Assembly: GCA_964016885.1 (NCBI GenBank)
Contig: CAXHJY010001746.1
Coordinates: 1 to 64,000, forward strand
Reading direction: 5' to 3'
DNA length: 64,000 nt
Origin: Eledone cirrhosa
Lineage: Eukaryota
In this document: positions 54,444 through 64,000 of the stretch, one piece after another
Layout of the letters: every line of letters starts with the position of its first letter
Numbering within the stretch: the stretch's first letter is position 1
Notes under the pieces: generated by a model
What the model was told of the DNA's origin: nothing
What the model saw: only the letters and a program-made list of their open reading frames with translations
The model's database searches: none
Made by a program: the position numbers and the translations under genes

Positions 54444-55232
54444 ATCCCTGTTCTATATGTGTATGTACGTATGTGTGTATGTACATATATGTGTATGTAA
54501 GTGTACGTGGCGTTGCAAGTTCGGTTTTCGTAAGTGTCCGTGTGAGAATTTTCACATGAACAAGCATGTGTCCTGATGTATATGTGCCAATCGTTATTAT
54601 GATGGTATATGGTATGTGTTTTTAATATATATGTATGTATATCCCTGTTCTATATGTGTATGTACGTATGTGTGTATGTACATATATGTGTATGTAAGTG
54701 TACGTGGCGTTGCAAGTTCGGTTTTCGTAAGTGTCCGTGTGAGAATTTTCACATGAACAAGCATGTGTCCTGATGTATATGTGCCAATCGTTATTATGAT
54801 GGTATATGGTATGTGTTTTTAATATATATGTATGTATATCCCTGTTCTATATGTGTATGTACGTATGTGTGTATGTACATATATGTGTATGTAAGTGTAC
54901 GTGGCGTTGCAAGTTCGGTTTTCGTAAGTGTCCGTGTGAGAATTTTCACATGAACAAGCATGTGTCCTGATGTATATGTGCCAATCGTTATTATGATGGT
55001 ATATGGTATGTGTTTTTAATATATATGTATGTATATCCCTGTTCTATATGTGTATGTACGTATGTGTGTATGTACATATATGTGTATGTAAGTGTACGTG
55101 GCGTTGCAAGTTCGGTTTTCGTAAGTGTCCGTGTGAGAATTTTCACATGAACAAGCATGTGTCCTGATGTATATGTGCCAATCGTTATTATGATGGTATA
55201 TGGTATGTGTTTTTAATATATATGTATGTATA
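54444..55232 (+). repeat. 197-bp tandem repeat, 4 apparently identical copies
   Basis: atccctgttctatatgtg... starts at 54444, 54641, 54838 and 55035. Confidence 0.95.
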
Positions 55233-55256
55233 TTTACATAGAAGTGAGTAAGTATG

Positions 55257-55314
<58 letters not shown>

Positions 55315-55318
<4 letters not shown>

Positions 55319-56110
55319 TAAAAGGAATTCCAACTTTGTCTGATTTACTCGTTTTATTTACAATCCTTTAAAATTTTATAATGGTATTAGAATGAAATAG
55401 TATGGTAGAATATAAAATGTTAATTGAACAAGTACTTTCATGCTTTCGCAATCTTCAGGTTCATATTCTTTGGTGACAGTCAAGTTTGCAATTTTCAACT
55501 GTAATGAGATGGGTAAATTTTGTGCCTTATATACAGTGAAAAGTGGCTACAGAATGCAAACTGTATTTCGACCAATCGGTGTGTAGTTTCACTGGATTAC
55601 TAAAGCTGATTGGTTTAGGCGTCACGGTTGGTTGAGCATGTCTAACGACTACTATTTGACCCTATCCAAAGCATCAATTATTTTGTTATTTTTAGAAATG
55701 ATGAAAATAGCATTTTCTAGTAATCATCACCATCAACATCACTTTTATTATTATTATTGTTGTTAGTGGTAGTAGTCGACATGGTCGTAATCATAGTAGG
55801 AGTAATACCCCATTATTATTGTTCATTTAGCTTGGGTTGGAATTTATCAATAACATTTTTTCTTTGATTTTTCTCTTGATTTCACTTGGGGCTGTGTAAT
55901 TTGTAGAATGGAAATATTATAAATATTCTCTAACCACATGTTGCTAGATGGTTACTCAGGGGGGTATCTGACGGACATTTGGGTCTCTGATTTGCTGTCG
56001 GTGCACCCGTGCACGTTCCGATATATATATATATCGACATTCGTCAAATCGGAGCGAGGAAACAATGTCTCCATTGGTCTTTCCAATTGCTAATACTATC
56101 TATCGGTCGA
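55315..56110 (-). mobile_element. Decayed Penelope-like element (GIY-YIG remnant plus HHR)
   Basis: Minus strand reads YIGTCTG ... PLSNHLATCG*RIFIIFPFYKL...IDKFQPKLN (PLE endonuclease C-terminus with stops), then an HHR, then (TA)n. Confidence 0.6.
55425..55463 (-). ncRNA. Minimal type-I hammerhead ribozyme
   Basis: Minus strand tgaac-CTGAAGA-t.tgc-GAAA-gca.t-GAAA-gtac-TT-gttca. 5-bp stem I, GNRA-capped stem II, palindromic stem III (AGTACT). Confidence 0.75.
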
Positions 56111-56137
56111 AACTCCAGGTAAAAGTACACATACACG

Positions 56138-56169
<32 letters not shown>

Positions 56170-56915
56170 ATGTGTGAAATCCTTGTTACAGTTAGGTATA
56201 TTTGAAAAGAGGAAAAGAATGACTTCATTTGTAGTTCTAAATCATAATATAAAATTAAATCAAATTGTTGAGAACTACAAGTCAAGTCATTATTTTCCTT
56301 TTTTCAAATATATATACATATATATGTATATATGAAAATATGAGTATAAGAAATAAAGGTGAGTATAAGAAATAAAGATCTAAAGACGAGTGAAAACTTT
56401 CATCAACAAAATCGTAATGTACACCAACGAAAATATGTCTACAGAATACAGATTAGTAAAATAAAGTTAGAGAAAATAAATGAGAGGTCACTTAACTTTA
56501 CATATTTAGTTTTATTTATATCGTGAAAAATGTTGATCTTCAGATATTAAATTGTGGATGTGATTGTCTTTGTCTTTCTTTAAACATTGTCTTTTTTTCA
56601 TTTCATATCATATCATATCATATAGTAACGTACCGTACTGCCAGCTCTTAAATATCACTGGAATTCTATAAGAATCCACCTTCTATAAATCTCGACAGAT
56701 GCAATGGAGTATGTAGTCTTGATAAACGCTAACAAGCTAGAAACAGATTGTCGATCACTCTTCTTTGTTTTTGCCGAGAATAAGTAAGTGACATAGTTAC
56801 TACTTTAAAGCTCATAGCGAATGGTCTTCAAAATGTTTTTAATTAAACATACAGTATATTGCCAAATATACTATACATACATTCATGTATACATCACTAT
56901 TTCAGATCACCAATA

Positions 56916-57022
<107 letters not shown>

Positions 57023-57051
57023 TTATATATATATATATATATATATATATA

Positions 57052-57134
<83 letters not shown>

Positions 57135-57179
57135 TTATATATATATATATATATACTTATATATATATATATATATATA

Positions 57180-57218
<39 letters not shown>

Positions 57219-57237
57219 TTATATATATATATATATA

Positions 57238-57310
<73 letters not shown>

Positions 57311-57379
57311 TTATATATATATATATATACTTATATATATATATATATATATATATATACTTATATATATATATATATA

Positions 57380-57428
<49 letters not shown>

Positions 57429-57471
57429 TTATATATATATATATATATACTTATATATATATATATATATA

Positions 57472-57518
<47 letters not shown>

Positions 57519-57783
57519 TTATATATATATATATATATACTTATATATATATATATATATACTTATATATATATATACTTATATATATATATATACTTAT
57601 ATATATATATATATACTTATATATATATATATATATATACTTATATATATATATATATATATACTTATATATATATATATATATACTTATATATATATAT
57701 ATATATACTTATATATATATATACTTATATATATATATACTTATATATATATATATATATACTTATATATATATATATATATA

Positions 57784-57852
<69 letters not shown>

Positions 57853-58023
57853 TTATATATATATATATATACTTATATATATATATATATATACTTATAT
57901 ATATATATATATATACTTATATATATATATATATATACTTATATATATATATATATATACTTATATATATATATATAAATACTTATATATATATATATAA
58001 ATACTTATATATATATATATATA

Positions 58024-58151
<128 letters not shown>

Positions 58152-58176
58152 TATCGGTGATCTGAAATAGCGATGT

Positions 58177-58236
<60 letters not shown>

Positions 58237-58239
58237 TTA

Positions 58240-60050
58240 TGTATAATAATATTGTTTTCAATATATATATATATATAAAGAATGAATAATAACAGGTAGA
58301 CATCATAAAAAGGTAATTTATTCCGTGTGCTTACAAATGTTTCCACGGTGGTAATACGGCCTAGTTATGCTATGTGCAAATTTACAATTATTTGCAGAAC
58401 TCAAATATCAAATGTTGTGACCACTGTATCCTCAGAGCAGAATGGTTAAAATGTACAATGTAAATACCCTTAAGTGAGGTTATTGGAGAAGATAGAGTAG
58501 AAAAGGAAGAGAGAAAAGTAGGGGAGAGGGAGAGAGAGAAAGATATGTAGGGGTTGGAGAAATAGGAGAGAGTGGTTTGTAGATATCTTAATCAAAATGT
58601 TATGGTAGAGGTTTTATTATACTGGTTACTTTTAGAGAGATAGTCAAGGTTGGAATTATTTATTGCCCCAGAGGGCAGGTTCATAGATGTGGCGAGGGAG
58701 GTAGGCCAAAGGCGAGAGAGAGAGAGTGGAATGGATATAGAGGGAGAGATAGAGAGGGGACAGACGAAGTCTATGGGGTGGGTGAACTTTGGGTTCGTAG
58801 TAGTATGCGAATTGCACTGAGTTACCATTTATAGTGATAAGTAGGGTATTGTCTTGTAGTGTGGGGGAAGAGAAGGTGGTTAGCTAGAAAGCGATGTTAT
58901 AGTTACGGGTTCGAATGTTGTTATTTTATAGTGAGAGAATTTAGCTTTTAGTTTGTGGTTGCAGTATAATGATCGTTCGATTCTATCGTTAAGTAGTTTA
59001 TTTTTGGATTTTAATATGTAAAAGAGTTCAAGGTTACATAACCTACAGTACTTCAATCCACTCCGATATGCACTTGCACTGGAAAGTATATCCCATTTTA
59101 AGGTGAACTGTTGGTTGCGTTCACGGAGTTGCCAGGTCTTGTTGGCGAGCGTGGTCACAAAACGGTGATCAGGATGTTTGATTGAGAATCGATGACGGTA
59201 CCAGCGAGATTTAAACGAGGTGGTGGTAGATCCGATATAGTACCATTTCTGGTCGTTCGATTCAACCGTGGTAAACAATGTTGGACTTTAGGCATTCATT
59301 CTTCAATGGACATCTTTCAGGTAGATGGCAGTTACATTCTTTGTTGTGGGTAGCGGGTATACCATGGATAGGTTGTGACAGCAGTACAGGTGGGTTGTGT
59401 AATACCCGTCTCCTATTTAGTGGTTGGGAGGCAGATATTACGTTCTGCCCATCTGTTACCAAAATATTTAGTTTTGTAGTGTTGTTTAATTGTTTTAAGT
59501 TAAGTTTTTTATGTATGCTTCAAGGTTTGGTGCCGTGGAGTATGATAGTCTAATAGTTTTAGAGTTCAGAATTTTACTAGATAAATGCTTGTTGATTAAC
59601 TTAAAGAATGAAAGAGATAGTTTTGTACTAATCGAGGCATTAAAAATAGGATTATACCAGATATACTTTCTACAACGTGATTTTCTATTATTAGTATGTC
59701 TGGTGGTACTGTGTGTGTCCGCATGTATTTTCGTCCCCGGTTACGTATTCCTTGATTTCGTGTAGAGCTATGTGTGTTATGGAGATTCTTATCAATGTAT
59801 TCTATTGTATCCCGGTGGTCGGCATTCCTTAATGCATTATTATAGTATTCAGCGTGTTCACTAAAAATTTCAGAGTCAGACGATAGGCGAGAGATTCTAA
59901 GAGAAATACTACGGGGAACCGATTTGATAATGGAGAGTGGGTGGTTAGAGTTAAAGTTGATATACGTAAGGTTCTCATTTATCTTGTGGAAGGGTCATAT
60001 CAGTCCGGTATTTAAATTAAGAGTTACGTCCAGAAAATTTACTACTTTTA
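58240..60050 (-). mobile_element. 5'-truncated Penelope-like retroelement (RT C-terminus, Cys-rich linker, GIY-YIG endonuclease, HHR); disrupted
   Basis: VNFLDVTLNL...YINFNSNHP (RT thumb), CNCHLPERCPLKNECLKSNIVY, and YYIGSTTTSFKSRWYRH...CRLCNLE...LLNDRIE (GIY-YIG). Contains a stop and frameshifts; flanked by (TA)n. Confidence 0.9.
58328..58439 (-). ncRNA. Hammerhead ribozyme in the PLE 3' region
   Basis: Minus strand tgct-CTGAGGA-tacagtggt...accaccgtg-GAAA-catttg-TA-agca. GUA triplet, downstream of the GIY-YIG ORF in the same orientation. Confidence 0.72.
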
Positions 60051-60242
60051 TATATATGTGTGTGCATACATGCATATATACATACGGTTTTATTCGTACA
60101 TAAACGTCTCTCTTATTCATTATATTGAAACTCCAGTTGATACATTACCGAGAAAACCCTAAGCAATACAAATCGTAGAGTGCGTTACGGTTGTTTACAA
60201 AAAGGTCGGCCGATTATACGATCAACCAACTTTTATCATCTG

Positions 60243-60284
<42 letters not shown>

Positions 60285-61534
60285 GAGGGGGGGGGGGGCA
60301 TATGTATTGCGTCAATGTAAAATACTGATTTCATTTATTGGCCACAAGGGCCGACATATAGGGGACAATACAAAAGACTGGGATAGAGGGGGGGGGGGGG
60401 TTACATAAACAACGTGTAAACAATAACAAAGTAACAAGAAAAATTCCCTAATAGGGGGCATGATCACCCAGGGTTCACTTAGGTACCCCACCAATCCTGA
60501 ACGAACCGACGCTTCGAGAGCACCAGGGAAGGGCACCCCTCTCCTCCTCAATTTCACCCACCTACAGGCGCATGATCAGAGTAGGCCCACTCACACGGGC
60601 CATTCTCGCCACATTCACCCACCTTTCAGTAAATGTACTAGGGGGGGGGGGGGAGAAGAAGCACTTCTCTCTCCACCCTCACCTTCCTTCCCAAGTGAAA
60701 CTTAAAAAAGTTGATGAGGGATTGGTCGAAGAGAAAAGTGTCTGTCTTCAGTCCTTTCAACCTGGTCAATGTAAAATAATAAACACTATAAGTCCTTGTA
60801 AGTTTTCCTGTTTAATAAAATGAAATAAAATTATATACGAGCTGTGTTCATATTATTTTTTTGCTGGAGGCGTTTACAAGGAGATAACGTTTTAAATAGC
60901 GTCGTGAAGAGGTCGAATTAAAGTAGCGAGATGTTCCTAAAAAATAAAGACGTTTAAATAGATTTAAAGACTCGAAATGAAAAAATAAATGAAGAAAAAA
61001 GTCGTAGTATATCGATTAAAAATCTATATTTCAATTGCAATAATTTAAAAAAATCACTTTAAAATCATAATTAAGAATCGAACCATTGACTATTGTATTT
61101 AAAATATCAAATATACAAACTTAGGTCAGATTTGAACACGCGATCATGGTATTTAAAATATCGATATACAATCTTAGGTCAGATTTGAACACGCGATCAG
61201 AGTATTTAAAATTAAAATTCGAAACCAGACTAAAATTTTAGATATTCAAAGTTGTAAATACAATGGTCGCAGGTTCGAATCTTAAAAAATCCAAAACTTG
61301 GCTGAGAATCGAACCTGCGACCATTCTATTCACAATATTGAAAAAGGAAAAAATTTGAAATTTTTCAAATTTGCCCTTTATTTGATATACAATGGTCGCA
61401 GGTTCGAATCTTACCAAATCCCAAACTTAGCTGAGACGCGAAACTGCGACCACGCTATTTACAATATTGAAAAAGGAAAATATTTGAAATTTTCCAAATT
61501 TTATCTTTTTCGATGTTGACCCCCCCCCCCCATT

Positions 61535-61586
<52 letters not shown>

Positions 61587-64000
61587 GAACGTACAACATC
61601 GCTATATAAATCTGTTTTTATTTGTTAATAATTACATAAATGTAATTCTAGAAACCCTGCTAAGGATTGAAACCCTGACTACACATTTACAGCAACAACA
61701 ACGACATAGCAATTTCCGGTTTAAAATAACCTTGTGTAATTTTTTGTAGAGATTGAAACCCTGTCACTTTTTAGGCTTTCCAATTAACACTGTATATAAA
61801 TAGCAGTTTGTTCTAACTTCACACGTGATGTTCACCGTTGTCGAGTACTTACCACCACTCATGTTAAACGCTCTGTCAGTTGGAATTGTGCAGCGATGAA
61901 AGGTCGTGTTTTTTTCAACCTCTTACAACAAACATATTTTATCCATTAGAGAAAGAATTAAATCGGGAATGTCAGTTTTTGAAAAGGACATTTTATTTCA
62001 TTTGAGTATTCAACGACAATACATTGTATTGAAAGGAGAAATTAATTGGAAAGGAACTTTTACAGAGACCTCTTAGAATATTTTGGTGGGATGTAAGACA
62101 CCCTTATTTTCAAGAACATAAATACGAAATGAAAAATTAATTGAAACGGACACATAGATTTTAAGATATGTTTATTTTCAAGAAAAAATGATTGCGGAAG
62201 TGTAAATATGTAGATATCCTTGTTCATGGTTTGTGTATATATGTATTCTTTAATTATATTCGTAGCTTTAATGCAGAGGGTAGAAGCTGGTTTTGACATC
62301 GTATTTTCAGGTAAAAATATGCTTCGTATTCCCCACCCCACACAAAAATATATTGGGAATATGTATGTTTTAATTGAAAGGTGGCTAACCATGTTAAAGA
62401 CGATAGGAATAAAACATTCCTTTACCTGCAGAAAATTTAAAATTTTCGATATATATATATATGCGACACCAGGTCGAGTATTCCGTACGGCTTCCGCAAG
62501 GACACAGAAGCCATTGAAGGAATCCAGAGAAGGAAAAAAAAATAAAACAAGAATTAAGAAAAATTGCAGTTTTATAAAGGGAAGACATGATAGAAATATT
62601 TAAAATAATTATTTCTACTTTTGGCTCAAGGCCAGCAATTACCCCAGTGTATTTAAATAAGAAGAGGACACCATTATACTGTTTATAAGATACAATAGTT
62701 TAAAGACATCAGGAAACCTTTTTTCTTGTATTATCGGTGGAGGGTGGGAGGCCATGCTTTCCAGCATAGTTACGTCCCTTTACGGTCTGAGCTAAAACCC
62801 CGCCGAGGTTAACTTTGCCTTTCATCCTTACGGGGTCGATAAAATAAAGTACCAGTAATGCACTGGGTGATTGCTGGCCTTGTGCCAAAAGTAGAAACAA
62901 TTATTAGTGAATGGAATAGTTTAAATCGTGAAGGTGACACAACAGTAAATAATCATAAAAAGATGACAGACGAAGTGCTAATGAATAGATTGAAATATTT
63001 GTGATGCTGAGTAAAAGTGAGCTGGAAGCATTGTAGTGAATTTGAACTTGCTATGGCAAATCTTTCATTATTGTATTACACAGCAAATCTTTCATTATTG
63101 TATTTAGTTACGTTCGTTAAAGATTTAATTTACTAAATACTTTCGATGTGTGTTTGTAGTTGGCTAAATATAAACTTTAAAATTATTTCATTATGTCTGT
63201 CTTCCAAATTCATGTTACAGTATAATATCAATCGAGATAATGTCATAGATTTTCTACATGATCGTAATGTCATTTCTAAATCTACAAATTACTAGAAAAG
63301 GTAAAAAAATAAACAGAACACAAAATCGTAATGTATACCTTTGAAAGTATATCTGGATGAAATCTGTATTATTATTATTATAAGTAAGTTTTGAGGAAAC
63401 TAATCGGATGTGAGAGGAGGGGCATTAAACTATATTTATGTCGTGAAAAATGTGTGGCTGAGATTCTTTCTGCCATCGAGTGTTTCTTTGAACGTCATTT
63501 TAAAATATTTGTCTCTTTAAAGATGGATTATCTTTTGTAAAACTAATTTGAGATTATTCGTGGCTGGTCTGTGTGGTTTGTTTTGATGCAGCATCTCTGT
63601 CTCGTAGACAGGTGAAATTTGATCAAGTGGAACATGAGTCTTGAAATTGAAATATTGCGGTATTACGGTAGATGTCCTGATGTCTCCTGTTTGTAAAGTA
63701 ATCCAAAAATCAAAAGACGACGTCCACTAAACCTTGGTAATAATTCAGTTTCGCCGTAGCCGCCATTTATAATAGAAAATGGTAAACAAAAGACACACTG
63801 AGCAGTTAATGTATTGAAAATCACAAAAATAAAACTACTGAATAAAAATGTCTTACTTTAATTATTTAATTTGTTTTGTTTTCTTTATTGCTAACACGAA
63901 ATTGAATTAAAATTTTATATATATATATATATATATACTCATTGTCTATAACTAAGGCAAAAGTCAGAAATTTACAGTGAGGATTCGATCGATTAAATTA

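Noticed and set aside
56713-56758. Hammerhead gtagtc-TTGATAA...GAAA-cagattg-TC-gatcac
   Set aside because: Two substitutions in the catalytic core; at best a dead relic.

Overview
Repeat-rich animal genomic DNA. The SINE types and microsatellite density suggest an octopod cephalopod, but this is inference. The only host gene is the 3' part of an SH2B-family adaptor (SH2B1/APS/Lnk-like) on the + strand. Six coding exons splice in frame: PH-domain end, linker, SH2, then a Gly/Val/polyQ tail ending [10 protein letters not shown]. The 5' exons lie upstream of the window. The rest is microsatellites, minisatellites, a 6.6-kb 59-bp satellite, tRNA-derived SINEs, decayed RTE and CR1 LINEs, Penelope-like element (PLE) remnants, piggyBac-type MITEs and a Tc1/mariner derivative. 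Three patterns stand out. (1) Nine loci carry minimal type-I hammerhead ribozyme (HHR) motifs, plus degenerate copies. Three of them sit in (TA)n-embedded fold-back palindromes that put an HHR on both strands. (2) A covarying bulged hairpin (RCTC-stem-loop-stem'-TW-GAGY) recurs eight times near the 3' ends of otherwise dissimilar elements. (3) Three SH2B splice sites have been tandemly amplified into arrays of splice-site look-alikes. All structures were folded by eye; nothing was computed or searched.
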